A stretch of DNA of 35,259 bases from contig CAIWVT010000347.1 in NCBI GenBank assembly GCA_903916135.1, forward strand, positions 1 to 35,259, read 5' to 3'. This stretch comes from an uncultured bacterium (lineage in GTDB: Bacteria; Bacteroidota; Bacteroidia; Bacteroidales; CAIWKO01). The translations under genes were made by a program, and so were the position numbers. Every line of letters begins with the position of its first letter. Within the stretch, counting starts at the first letter, position 1. This document shows positions 18,396 through 27,852 of the stretch, one piece after another. The notes beneath the pieces are model-generated. The model was not told where the DNA came from, did not search any database, and worked only from the letters and a program-made list of their open reading frames with translations.

Positions 18396-19670
18396 ATGAT
18401 ACGAAACGAACCTTTGGCGGAACAGATGAGACCTGCGAGTTTTGATGACTATATTGGTCAGCAGCATTTGATTGGACGGGAGGCGGTGCTGCGGAAGGCG
18501 ATTGAGGGGGGGACGCTGCCGTCGATGATTTTGTGGGGACCGCCGGGGGTGGGTAAGACGACGTTGGCGTTTATTGTTTCGCGGATGTTGGACCGCCCGT
18601 TTTATACGCTGAGCGCGGTGAATTCGGGGGTGAAGGACGTGAGGGCTGTGATTGAACAGGCGACGGCAGGACGGGAGAAGACGATTTTGTTTATTGATGA
18701 GATTCATCGGTTTAATAAAGGTCAGCAGGATTCGCTGCTGAGCGCGGTGGAGAAAGGGGTGATTACGCTGATAGGGGCGACAACTGAGAATCCGTCGTTT
18801 GAGGTGATTTCGCCGCTGTTGTCGCGCTGCCAAGTGTATATTTTGAAGAACCTGGATGAGGGGGAGCTGCTGAGGATTTTGGGGAAGGCGCAAGGGATTT
18901 TGGAGCAGGAGTTGGGACGCAAGATTGCGGTTGAGGAGAGCGAGGCGTTGATACGAGTGAGCGGCGGGGATGCGAGGAAGTTGTTGAATGCGTTTGAGTT
19001 GGTGGTGGATTCGCAACGGGGGGCTGAGGGGGAGATACGTATAGGGAATGGGTTGGTGATGGATGTGATTCAGCAGAATTTGGCGTTGTATGATAAGTTG
19101 GGGGAGCAGCATTATGATATTATTTCGGCGTTTATAAAGTCGATGCGGGGAAGCGACCCGAATGGGGCGGTGTATTGGTTGGCAAGGATGGTGGACGGGG
19201 GTGAGGATCCGAAGTTTATAGCGAGAAGGATGCTGATTTTGGCGTCGGAGGATATAGGGAACGCGAACCCCAATGCGCTGCTGTTGGCGACGAATTGTTT
19301 TCAGGCGGTGCAGATGATTGGATACCCGGAGTGTGAGTTGATTTTGTCGCAGACGGCGATTTATTTGGCGAGTTCGCCCAAGAGTAATGCGTCGCTGATG
19401 GCGATAAAAAATGCGCACGCGCAGATTAAGCAGAGCGGGAATTTGGCGGTGCCGTTGGCGCTGCGGAATTCACCGACGAAGTTGATGAAGGAGATAGGCT
19501 ACGGCAAGGCGTATAAGTATGCGCATGATTATGAGGATAATTTTGTGGCAGAGGAGTTTTTGCCGAAGGAAATAGCGGGGACGAAGTTTTATGAGCCTCA
19601 AGGGAATGCAAGGGAGAAGGAGTTGCGGGAGTTTTTGAAGAAGAGATGGGGGGGGAAGTATGGGTATTGA
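18396..19670 (+). CDS. rarA: replication-associated recombination protein A (AAA+ ATPase)
   Basis: 424 aa with LAEQMRPASFDDYIGQQHL, Walker A GPPGVGKTT, Walker B ILFIDEIHRFNK, and the C-terminal MgsA domain (ALYWLARM-like VYWLARMVDGGEDP). Confidence 0.92.
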   Translation: MIRNEPLAEQMRPASFDDYIGQQHLIGREAVLRKAIEGGTLPSMILWGPPGVGKTTLAFIVSRMLDRPFYTLSAVNSGVKDVRAVIEQATAGREKTILFIDEIHRFNKGQQDSLLSAVEKGVITLIGATTENPSFEVISPLLSRCQVYILKNLDEGELLRILGKAQGILEQELGRKIAVEESEALIRVSGGDARKLLNAFELVVDSQRGAEGEIRIGNGLVMDVIQQNLALYDKLGEQHYDIISAFIKSMRGSDPNGAVYWLARMVDGGEDPKFIARRMLILASEDIGNANPNALLLATNCFQAVQMIGYPECELILSQTAIYLASSPKSNASLMAIKNAHAQIKQSGNLAVPLALRNSPTKLMKEIGYGKAYKYAHDYEDNFVAEEFLPKEIAGTKFYEPQGNAREKELREFLKKRWGGKYGY

Positions 19671-19750
19671 GTTTTTTAGTTCGGAGTTCGGAGTTTAGAG
19701 TTCCGGAACACTACGAATTACGAATTTGCGAATTACTAATTACGCATTTT
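19671..19750. repeat. 7-8-bp low-complexity tract
   Basis: Reads ttagttcggagttcggagtttagagttccgg, then acgaattacgaatttgcgaattactaattacgcatt, immediately after the rarA stop. Confidence 0.75.
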
Positions 19751-19811
19751 ACAGTGTCAGGAAATAAGTTGAATGGTTTATTGAGTTGGGAATTAAATAT
19801 GAAAAGAGCGC

Positions 19812-19839
19812 TTGATATTATTTTCTTTGTGTATCTTTG
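19812..19839 (+). promoter_or_regulatory. putative promoter for the 19871 operon
   Basis: TTG at 19812-19814, then 17 bp, then TATCTTTG (matches TAnnTTTG) at 19832-19839. Confidence 0.3.
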
Positions 19840-19870
19840 TGGTCTTAATGGTTAAAAATTTTATGTTTCT

Positions 19871-21460
19871 ATGTGTTTAAGTGGTAAAATAAGGTGGTTT
19901 GTGTTGGCGGTGATTTTGGTTTTTGTTGTGGGAGGCTGCAAGAAAAAGGTGAGTCCGAGTTGGGATGTGGCGGTGTATGCTCCTTTGTTGGTGGCTGATT
20001 TGGGTTTTAATGATATAGTGCCTGATTCGCTGTTGGAGATGAACCCCGATAATTCGTTGAACTTGGTGTATAAGTATCAGTTTTATAATTTCTCGTTGGA
20101 TTCGTTGGTGAATTTTCCGGATACTATCTCACATAAGTATTTGCCACCCTTGGGCGGAGTGGTGTTGCATCCGGGACAGATATTTTTTAATTTTACGGAG
20201 AATTCAGTGCTGAATATTCCGAATGCAGATGTGGCGCAAGTGGATTTTCATAAGGGGTTTTTGGTGTTGGAGGTTTTTGCTACGATTACACAGCCATCAT
20301 ACGTTACCTATAAAATACCATACGCGCGGAAAAATGGGGTTGCTTTTCAGGTGACGGAGTTGATTCCGGCAGCACCTGTGGGAGGCACGACGCATGTGGA
20401 ACGGTTGGTGGATTTGTCGGGTTATAGTTTGGATATGAGAGGACCTACACACGTTAGTTCGAACATTTTGACGAATCAAACGATAGCGCAATTGGACGCG
20501 AATGCGGATACGGTTACGATGACGAATGCAGATATTTTTAATTTTAATGTGCGGTTCGAGGATTTGTCGTTTGCATACGCGAAAGGGTATTTCGGTAGTC
20601 AATATACGGTTTTTGGACCTGACACTACGAAGATTGATATGTTTAATAACATCGTGGCGGGTTCGTTTAATTTGGAGAGTGCAAAACTGACCTTGTCGGT
20701 GGAGAATGGCTTTGGGATAGATGCAAGGGTGATGTTTAATAGTATTGCCACGACGAATTCGCAGACGGGTTTAACAACAGCACTTTCGGACCCAATAATT
20801 GGACAGACGATAAATATATCGAGGGCTACGGAGACGTTTAATCCGCTGCAACCTGTGAATCCATCGGTGTATAATTTTGAAATGAATAGCTCTAATATAC
20901 CACAAATTATAGAGAATATGCCTGACAAGATTTCGTATAAAATGCAGGTGACTACGAATCCGTTGGGGAATGTTTCGGCAGGGAACGATTTCATTTATTA
21001 TGGAAATTATTTGAATGCTTCGCTGAATTTGGAGATTCCGTTGTCGTTTATAGCGAACGATTTGACCTTGTCGGAAGATGTGGTGTTAGATTTGGGAACG
21101 TATAACGATAATCCGTCGTCGGGGAAGTTGAAGTTGATTGTGGATAATGGGTTTCCGTTTAGTGCCGATGTGCAGATATATATGTTGGATGCTAATAATC
21201 AAATCAGTGATTCGCTGTTTGTGCCGACTTTGATAGATGCGCCGATGTTAGATGCGGATTATAAAGTGATAAGTCCAAAGCGTTCGGAATTGGAAGTGTG
21301 GTTGTCAGAGAGTAAATATTTGGCATTGTTCAGCACGAAAAAAGTTAGGGTAAAGGCGCGTTTCAACACGGCAGGCGTAAGCAATTTCGTTAAAATCTAT
21401 AGCTATTATAGGCTTAAGTTGAAAGTTACCGGGGATTTTAATTATTTGGTGGAGATGTAG
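19871..21460 (+). CDS. hypothetical lipoprotein (529 aa)
   Basis: Lipoprotein signal with a lipobox-like VVGGC. Beta-rich throughout. The stop lies 5 bp before the next gene. Confidence 0.7.
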   Translation: MCLSGKIRWFVLAVILVFVVGGCKKKVSPSWDVAVYAPLLVADLGFNDIVPDSLLEMNPDNSLNLVYKYQFYNFSLDSLVNFPDTISHKYLPPLGGVVLHPGQIFFNFTENSVLNIPNADVAQVDFHKGFLVLEVFATITQPSYVTYKIPYARKNGVAFQVTELIPAAPVGGTTHVERLVDLSGYSLDMRGPTHVSSNILTNQTIAQLDANADTVTMTNADIFNFNVRFEDLSFAYAKGYFGSQYTVFGPDTTKIDMFNNIVAGSFNLESAKLTLSVENGFGIDARVMFNSIATTNSQTGLTTALSDPIIGQTINISRATETFNPLQPVNPSVYNFEMNSSNIPQIIENMPDKISYKMQVTTNPLGNVSAGNDFIYYGNYLNASLNLEIPLSFIANDLTLSEDVVLDLGTYNDNPSSGKLKLIVDNGFPFSADVQIYMLDANNQISDSLFVPTLIDAPMLDADYKVISPKRSELEVWLSESKYLALFSTKKVRVKARFNTAGVSNFVKIYSYYRLKLKVTGDFNYLVEM

Positions 21461-21465
21461 ATTGT

Positions 21466-22791
21466 ATGAAGAAGCGTTTCATCAAATACACACTCCTATC
21501 CATAAGTTTGCTCATCGCAGAACTTATTGGGACGCCTGCCTTTGGGCAGTATAAATTTACGTATTGTCCCTTAGGAACCTCAGCACCTATGGTGGCTTCG
21601 GAGCATGAAAGCTATCAGGCGATAGATTATCAAAAGATTTATCTTGACTTGACATCCGAGTTATATATGAATTCTAATGGGTTGACGAATCAGTTTGTGA
21701 GCAAGTTCTATTATGGAAGTTTTTTGGATACGCCACTCAAGACACAGAATTGGAATAGGCTTAACGGTCAACATAATCTGCTTGGCTATTTCTTTAACAG
21801 CAGTTTGCGCCTTAATGTTCCTGCAAAAAAGAACGGGTTTAGTTATTATGCTGCATACGAAAACCATAATATGATGGAAGTGAAATTCCATGAAGACTTT
21901 TTTCATCTCATCTTCTTTGGAAATAGAGATTTGGCGGGGCAGTCGGCAACATTCGACAAGCAATCGTTCAAAACGATGAGCTATCAACAATTCAAAGTGG
22001 GTGTGGTAAAAACGTGGTTTAAACAATCGAAAGTTCAGGTTTTTTCTGCAGGATTGGGTTTTAATAATGGTCAGAGTTTGATGGAGTATTCTATTCCGTC
22101 AGCTTCTTTTTTCACACAGGAGAATGCGGAATATCTTTCCTTAGATATGAATGTGAATATGCGACGTTCGGATACTGTTAGGACAAAATTTGGTGCGGAA
22201 AATGGTGCAGGAATGTGTTTGGATTTGTCATTTTATCAACGCAATCCAAAAAGTTCGATTGAAGTTAAAGTGGAAGACCTTGGGTTTATACGTTGGAATA
22301 ACCATTCTCAACAGTATAAAAAGGATACTTTGGTATATTTTGAAGGTATTGAAATTAAAGATATCTTCGATTTGAATTCGGCTACCAACACAGGACTCAC
22401 GCAGGACAGCATCATGAATGAGTTTGCTTTTGGCGATCAATCTGCTTTCACCGAAATGATTCCGATGAGAGCTTCGGTGAATTATACGCATTATTTCTTC
22501 AATAACAGATTGTCGCTGTCGCTGACTTTGATTCATTATCATTTTTTACATTTCAATCCTTTGATTCGATTTGTTCCTACGTATGTCATTTCTATAAAGA
22601 AGTCGAGTATCTGTATCGCACCCAATTTTGAGTACGGGGGTTATGGCAAATTTAATTGTGGGCTTGGTATTTCGGCATCTGTAAAACAGAAATTCTATAT
22701 AGAATTGAGCACGGCTTTCATCAACTCCTATTTGGATGCTAAGAAAGCAGCGGGTTTGGGTGGATTTGTTTCTATAATTAAAACTTTGTAA
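21466..22791 (+). CDS. hypothetical secreted, probably outer-membrane beta-rich protein (441 aa)
   Basis: Signal peptide MKKRFIKYTLLSISLLIAELIGTPAFGQ. Alternating aromatic/polar strand-like segments run to the C-terminus. Tightly coupled to both neighbouring genes. Confidence 0.65.
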   Translation: MKKRFIKYTLLSISLLIAELIGTPAFGQYKFTYCPLGTSAPMVASEHESYQAIDYQKIYLDLTSELYMNSNGLTNQFVSKFYYGSFLDTPLKTQNWNRLNGQHNLLGYFFNSSLRLNVPAKKNGFSYYAAYENHNMMEVKFHEDFFHLIFFGNRDLAGQSATFDKQSFKTMSYQQFKVGVVKTWFKQSKVQVFSAGLGFNNGQSLMEYSIPSASFFTQENAEYLSLDMNVNMRRSDTVRTKFGAENGAGMCLDLSFYQRNPKSSIEVKVEDLGFIRWNNHSQQYKKDTLVYFEGIEIKDIFDLNSATNTGLTQDSIMNEFAFGDQSAFTEMIPMRASVNYTHYFFNNRLSLSLTLIHYHFLHFNPLIRFVPTYVISIKKSSICIAPNFEYGGYGKFNCGLGISASVKQKFYIELSTAFINSYLDAKKAAGLGGFVSIIKTL

Positions 22792-22792
22792 G

Positions 22793-24280
22793 ATGAAAAA
22801 GTCATTACTCTTTTCTTTTTTAACTTTATGTAGTTTAATGTGTCTGCAATATACTATAAAGGCGCAATCTGTAAAGTTTAATCACACCTATGGCAGCATG
22901 GCTTATAACTTCGGCAAACGCATAATTGAAACCAGCGATCGCGGATTTTATATGATGGGTAATGTTAGTGCTGTTTCGGGCAATACCAACATCAGTATCA
23001 TCAAAACCGATTCCTTGGGAATCATTCTATCCGAAAAAATTATTGGTGATGCTTCTCTTTACTGGGCAAACGACTTTATTCGAACTTCCGACAAGGGATA
23101 TCTTATTAGCGGTTTCACCAACAAACATCCAGAAAATGGCTACGACATGTTGTTGATAAAGACAGATTCTAACATCAATATTGAATGGGAGCGCTACTAT
23201 GGTGGCAGCGATTGGGATATTGCGAATGCAGTTGTCGAAACTAAAGACAACGCCTACCTAATGGTGGGGCAAACCTATTCCTATGGTGCTGCAAATGGAA
23301 ATATCTATATTGTCAAAACCAATTATCTTGGTGATACGCTATGGACGCGAACTTTCGGTGGCGATAGTGCAGATTATGCCATGTCTGCTGACGTTCTTTT
23401 TGATAGCACGTATCTCATAGGAGCAACCACCAAGAGTTTTGGATTTGGAGATTATGATGCTTATGTTATCAACCTCAATAAAAACGGAGATACAATATGG
23501 ACAAAAAATTACGGGCAAGACAAAGAAGACATTATTTACTCAATAAAGCAATCCCCCGACTCGGGTTTTGTATTTGTCGGTTCCACCACAAGTTATAATG
23601 CTATTGGGCTTGAAACTTGGTTGATGAAGTTTGATAAAAACCGTAATTATATTTGGAAATTGCCCGAATTCTGGGATATTAAAAATGGCGATCAACTTGC
23701 ATACAATATTAATTTTACCGATTCTGCACATTTTTTGATTACCGGTTATACAACAGCCCTTAATGGCTCTAAAGATTTATCTTTGATTATCATGAGGGAT
23801 TTTGCAAATTTTAAATTCAGCATTACATCCAGTTCATTATTTGATGACGCTGGTTATCAGGCAATACAAACTGCCGATAAAGGCTTTGCTATCGTTGGTT
23901 ATACCGAAGGGTTTGGAACAGCTTTATCCAACTTTTTTGTCGTCAAGATAGGAAATGATTGCAGCTATTCAACTACGTATGAACATATCCTTGATGTTGA
24001 AGAACCTCCGATTGTATCAGAAAATGATTTATTTGGTATTTACCCTAATATCTCTGAAGGGAAATATAATATCAATCTTAAAGAAAGCAACAGCAAGCAA
24101 AACTATGATATTTCGGTTATTAATGTTGTCGGGCAGGAAATATTCAGAGGCAAGTGGGAAACTTCCTTAGGCGACATTTATAAAATAGACATATCAAATG
24201 CTGCTGATGGGATGTATTTCGTTACCGTTGCATCATTCGAAATAAAAAGCAGTTTTATGCTTGTTAAGAGCAGCAAATAA
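22793..24280 (+). CDS. secreted repeat (beta-propeller-like) protein with T9SS C-terminal sorting domain
   Basis: Signal peptide present. At least 6 repeats of the pattern D.GY...G.T.S.G (SDRGFYMMGN, SDKGYLISGFT, KDNAYLMVGQTYSYG, DSTYLIGATTKSFG, DSGFVFVGSTTSY, DKGFAIVGYTEGFG). The C-terminal ~80 aa IYPNISEGKYNINL...VINVVGQEI...IDISNAADGMYFVTV match the type A Por secretion tail pattern. Confidence 0.8.
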   Translation: MKKSLLFSFLTLCSLMCLQYTIKAQSVKFNHTYGSMAYNFGKRIIETSDRGFYMMGNVSAVSGNTNISIIKTDSLGIILSEKIIGDASLYWANDFIRTSDKGYLISGFTNKHPENGYDMLLIKTDSNINIEWERYYGGSDWDIANAVVETKDNAYLMVGQTYSYGAANGNIYIVKTNYLGDTLWTRTFGGDSADYAMSADVLFDSTYLIGATTKSFGFGDYDAYVINLNKNGDTIWTKNYGQDKEDIIYSIKQSPDSGFVFVGSTTSYNAIGLETWLMKFDKNRNYIWKLPEFWDIKNGDQLAYNINFTDSAHFLITGYTTALNGSKDLSLIIMRDFANFKFSITSSSLFDDAGYQAIQTADKGFAIVGYTEGFGTALSNFFVVKIGNDCSYSTTYEHILDVEEPPIVSENDLFGIYPNISEGKYNINLKESNSKQNYDISVINVVGQEIFRGKWETSLGDIYKIDISNAADGMYFVTVASFEIKSSFMLVKSSK

Positions 24281-24315
24281 TTCGTTTTTATATATAATTT
24301 CGATAAATTTTTTAA

Positions 24316-25605
24316 GTGAAAAAAAACAAATTCATAACAATATTTGTGTGGCTATTGATAACTGCACTTTTCATTTTTCTAACATTAAACAAACATTCGC
24401 GTTCTGGAATATTTAATTATCATAGCGAAATTTGGGCTGATAAAGCCGGATATTATGTCTATCTCCCATTGACTTTCATCTATCATTTTGATGCAAGCTC
24501 TTTTCCCGATTCTATTACTGACAAAATTGGTGGTGGTTTTATAATTGACACCATCAACAATGTCGTCAAAACAAAATGCAATTATGGTGTAGCATTATTG
24601 CAGGCTCCTTTTTTTCTTATTGTTCATTTTATAGCAAAACCCCTTGGCTATCCCGATAATGGATTCTCTATGCCATATAACCGCTCCATTGATTTTGCTG
24701 CTGTATTCTACTTAGTAATGGGGTTGTTTTTTCTGTGGAAATATCTAAACAAACGTTTTAGTAAAAAGTTAAGTTTCTTTGCACTATTCTTTTTAATCGC
24801 TGCTACCAACCTGTATTATTATGCAATTGACGAAACAGGAATGTCGCACATTTATTCCTTTGCAATTTTTGCAACATTAATATGGTTGATTGATTTTTTT
24901 GACTTAAAAAAGCAAACGCACCTACTTTTATTATCACTGTTATTTGCCTTATTAATAGTCGTGCGACCTATTAATATAATTTTTATTTTGTTCCTAATCC
25001 TTCTCCAAAAAGACAAACTAAAACTTTGGCTTTCTGATTTCAAAAAAATTAAACCTCAAAAAACTATTATTGTATTACTACCGGCAATGCTAATAATTTC
25101 CTTACAGTTCTTCTATTGGAAATATGCATCAGGAAATTATTTCTCATACTCTTATAAAGGAGAATCTTTTACCAACCTATTTAATCCTCAGATATTCAAG
25201 GTGTGGTTTTCCACACAAAACGGACTATTTATCTACACTCCAATTTGGTTATTTATAATAATAGGTATAGGTAAGATGATTTTTGACAAACAAAAGAACG
25301 GCTGGATGTATCTATCGCTCTTTTTTGTTTTAAGTTACATAATTGCTTCTTGGTGGAGTTGGTCAATGGGATGCGGTTTCGGAAACCGCGCTTATGTTGA
25401 ATACCTAACGATTTTCATCACACCTGCCATCTTCTTATGGAAAAAAATAGCTACTTCTAAAATACTTTCATATAGTATCATTTGCCTATTTGTGTTATGT
25501 GCAATTTATAACCTTCAACTAACGTATGCTTGGGATGGTTGTTGGTATGGAGGTATATGGGATTGGCAGCTTTTGTGGCAAAAGTTTTTATCAACTTTCA
25601 ATTAG
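24316..25605 (+). CDS. polytopic membrane protein, possibly GT-C (ArnT/PMT-like) glycosyltransferase
   Basis: GTG start, 429 aa, at least 10 hydrophobic helices with aromatic-rich loops. The functional call rests on topology and composition only. Confidence 0.5.
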   Translation: MKKNKFITIFVWLLITALFIFLTLNKHSRSGIFNYHSEIWADKAGYYVYLPLTFIYHFDASSFPDSITDKIGGGFIIDTINNVVKTKCNYGVALLQAPFFLIVHFIAKPLGYPDNGFSMPYNRSIDFAAVFYLVMGLFFLWKYLNKRFSKKLSFFALFFLIAATNLYYYAIDETGMSHIYSFAIFATLIWLIDFFDLKKQTHLLLLSLLFALLIVVRPINIIFILFLILLQKDKLKLWLSDFKKIKPQKTIIVLLPAMLIISLQFFYWKYASGNYFSYSYKGESFTNLFNPQIFKVWFSTQNGLFIYTPIWLFIIIGIGKMIFDKQKNGWMYLSLFFVLSYIIASWWSWSMGCGFGNRAYVEYLTIFITPAIFLWKKIATSKILSYSIICLFVLCAIYNLQLTYAWDGCWYGGIWDWQLLWQKFLSTFN

Positions 25606-25623
25606 CAATTTGAATAATCCATC

Positions 25624-26262
25624 CTATTCCTTCCCCTTATACACCCTCTCCCCTGCCAAAATCTCCACCGCCAAATGATTCTCCGCAGGCGGAATCGGAC
25701 ACGAATACTTCGGATTATGATAACAGCACGATGGATTAAAAGCCTTATTAAAATCTATAACCAACTCATCGCCCACCGGAATCTTCAACTCCAAAAACCT
25801 TCCACCTCCATACGTCTGTTTGCCGTTTGTCAAATCCTTAAATGGCAAAAACAAATCATCCTTATACTGCGCATCGTTTATAAGTTTCATATATTGATAC
25901 ACATTCAACTTACACACCTTGCCGTTCAACCAAAAAGTCGCCTCCCCATACTTCCTATACGTGCCCGTATTGCCCTTTGAACGTGGCATTTCAAAAGGCA
26001 CTTCGTTTGGCGTCAGCACTAATTTCGCCACCACCCGATATTTCAACTTTATCTTAAAAAAAGCTATCTTCTTAAACGTCTTCAAACCTTCTTTCGTCAA
26101 CGGACTCTCCGCGCTATCAGCAAACTCCTTATTCATATCGGTTCTATAACTCTCATTATCCTTCACAATTTCCTTCTTCACACTTTGACCAAAAACACAA
26201 TAGCCATTTGCACCAAAAATCATAAGAACAAATGCCAACAACACATAATAAATATACCTCAT
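25624..26262 (-). CDS. DUF1684 domain-containing protein
   Basis: Signal peptide plus the hallmark C-terminal region TNGKQTYGGGRFLEL...IDFNKAFNPSCCYHNPKYSCPIPPAENHLAVEILAGE. Confidence 0.85.
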   Translation of the reverse strand: MRYIYYVLLAFVLMIFGANGYCVFGQSVKKEIVKDNESYRTDMNKEFADSAESPLTKEGLKTFKKIAFFKIKLKYRVVAKLVLTPNEVPFEMPRSKGNTGTYRKYGEATFWLNGKVCKLNVYQYMKLINDAQYKDDLFLPFKDLTNGKQTYGGGRFLELKIPVGDELVIDFNKAFNPSCCYHNPKYSCPIPPAENHLAVEILAGERVYKGKE

Positions 26263-26371
26263 AATCTATTTTTTTTCAAAAATACACAATATTCTCATAC
26301 CAAACATTATTTTCTATCAAATAATTATTCAAGAAATCGTACTTTTGTAAAATCTTGAACATTCAACATAG

Positions 26372-27400
26372 ATGAAACCAACTTCCAACTCTAAAAATAG
26401 CAACCAATATCTTTCATCCGCCTATGCATTCATCAAACGTTTCGGGCTTGATGGATTCATCCTTGCACTGATGAGCATGATTCTGCTCGCATATTTCTTT
26501 CCTCACCTTGGCTCCAAAGATTCCCCTGTACCCCTCTCTGCCATTGCCAACTACGGCGTTTCGCTCATATTCTTCTTCTACGGATTGCGCCTCAGTCCAC
26601 AAAAGCTCCTTGCGGGCATCGCCAATTGGCGCTTACATTTGCTTATCCACAGTGCCACCTTTCTCGTCTTTCCCCTTTTGGTCATCGCGGCGCGCTTGCT
26701 CATCGGCAACGTCATCAACGACCTCATTTGGCTCGGAATTTTCTTCCTCGCATGTCTCCCTTCCACGGTCTCATCCTCCGTCGTCATGGTCTCAATTGCG
26801 CGCGGCAACATTCCGGCAGCCATCTTCAACGCCAGCATCTCCACGCTAATCGGAGTATTCATCACCCCGCTTTGGATGGGCATCTTCATGAACTCCTCCA
26901 CCCAATCGCTCGACCTCCTCCCCATCATACTCAAACTAACTCTTCAGGTGCTCCTACCCGTCATCCTTGGCATCCTACTACATTCCAAATGTGGCGCATT
27001 TGCCGAACGCCACCGCAAACAACTACGCTATTTCGACCAATCCATCATCCTACTCATTGTCTTCACCGCCTTTTGCGAATCCTTTGCCCAGCGCATGTTT
27101 CAGGGCTATTCCCTGCTCTTTCTCATCCTCTTGGGAGTCGCCTTATGCGTGCTGTTCTATCTGGTCTATGGCATCATATACCTCACCTCCAAACTCCTCA
27201 AATTTAACCGCGAAGACAAAATCACAGCCATGTTTTGCGGCTCCAAAAAATCCCTTGTCCACGGCACCGTCATGTCCAAAATCCTCTTCGCCCACAGCCC
27301 CTATATCGGCATCATCCTGCTGCCCATCATGATGTATCACGCCCTGCAGCTCATTATGGTCTCCATCATCGCACAAAGGATGGCGAGGAGGAAGGTATGA
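26372..27400 (+). CDS. bile acid:sodium symporter (BASS/YfeH-like) family transporter
   Basis: 342 aa, about 9-10 TM helices. The LDGFILALMSMILLAYFFPHLG start and CLPSTVSSSVVM motif are typical of the YfeH/BASS group. Confidence 0.8.
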   Translation: MKPTSNSKNSNQYLSSAYAFIKRFGLDGFILALMSMILLAYFFPHLGSKDSPVPLSAIANYGVSLIFFFYGLRLSPQKLLAGIANWRLHLLIHSATFLVFPLLVIAARLLIGNVINDLIWLGIFFLACLPSTVSSSVVMVSIARGNIPAAIFNASISTLIGVFITPLWMGIFMNSSTQSLDLLPIILKLTLQVLLPVILGILLHSKCGAFAERHRKQLRYFDQSIILLIVFTAFCESFAQRMFQGYSLLFLILLGVALCVLFYLVYGIIYLTSKLLKFNREDKITAMFCGSKKSLVHGTVMSKILFAHSPYIGIILLPIMMYHALQLIMVSIIAQRMARRKV

Positions 27401-27491
27401 AGTACTTAAAGTGCCTAAAGTACTTCAAGTATTTAATGTACTTAGTGAATTGTGATGGGTTATTTTAGAATGTTATTTATAGCAAAGCTCG

Positions 27492-27763
27492 GGAAACATA
27501 GTGGTAGTGCGTTACCCGCTAAAAAGAGGAAGTTGCCCGCTAAAAAAAGGAAGTTGCCCGCTACAGAGAGGAAGTTGCCCGCTACAGAGAGGAAGTTGCC
27601 CGCTACATAAACCTATTTGCCCGCTACAGAGAGGAAGTTGCCCGCTAAAAATAGCAAATTGCCCGCTACAGTGAGGAGGTTGCCCGCTACAGAGAGCTAA
27701 TTACCCGCTGTCAATTGCTTGTTGCCCGCTAAAGAGAGGAAGTTGCCTGATGTTGTGATTATA
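27492..27763. repeat. 21-bp tandem array B (11 good units plus 1 degenerate), an inverted copy of the CGGGCAA part of array A
   Basis: Units tt[g/a]cccgcta + 11 nt start at 27512 + 21n. The array is preceded by ggaaacatagtggtagtgcg. Positions 27492-27521 are the exact reverse complement of 18242-18271. Confidence 0.93.
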
Positions 27764-27852
27764 ATGGAGTGAGTTTGTATCTTATATCTGATGCTATGCA
27801 AAAGTCCGAAGGACTGAAATTATTGTAGAAAATTATTAAGATAGACCTATAT

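Noticed and set aside
18384-19418. A 344-aa antisense ORF opposite rarA, rich in R, Q, H, L and P.
   Set aside because: It is a shadow ORF. rarA is unmistakable on the plus strand, and its G/T-ending codons remove stop codons from the antisense frame. The composition is not protein-like.
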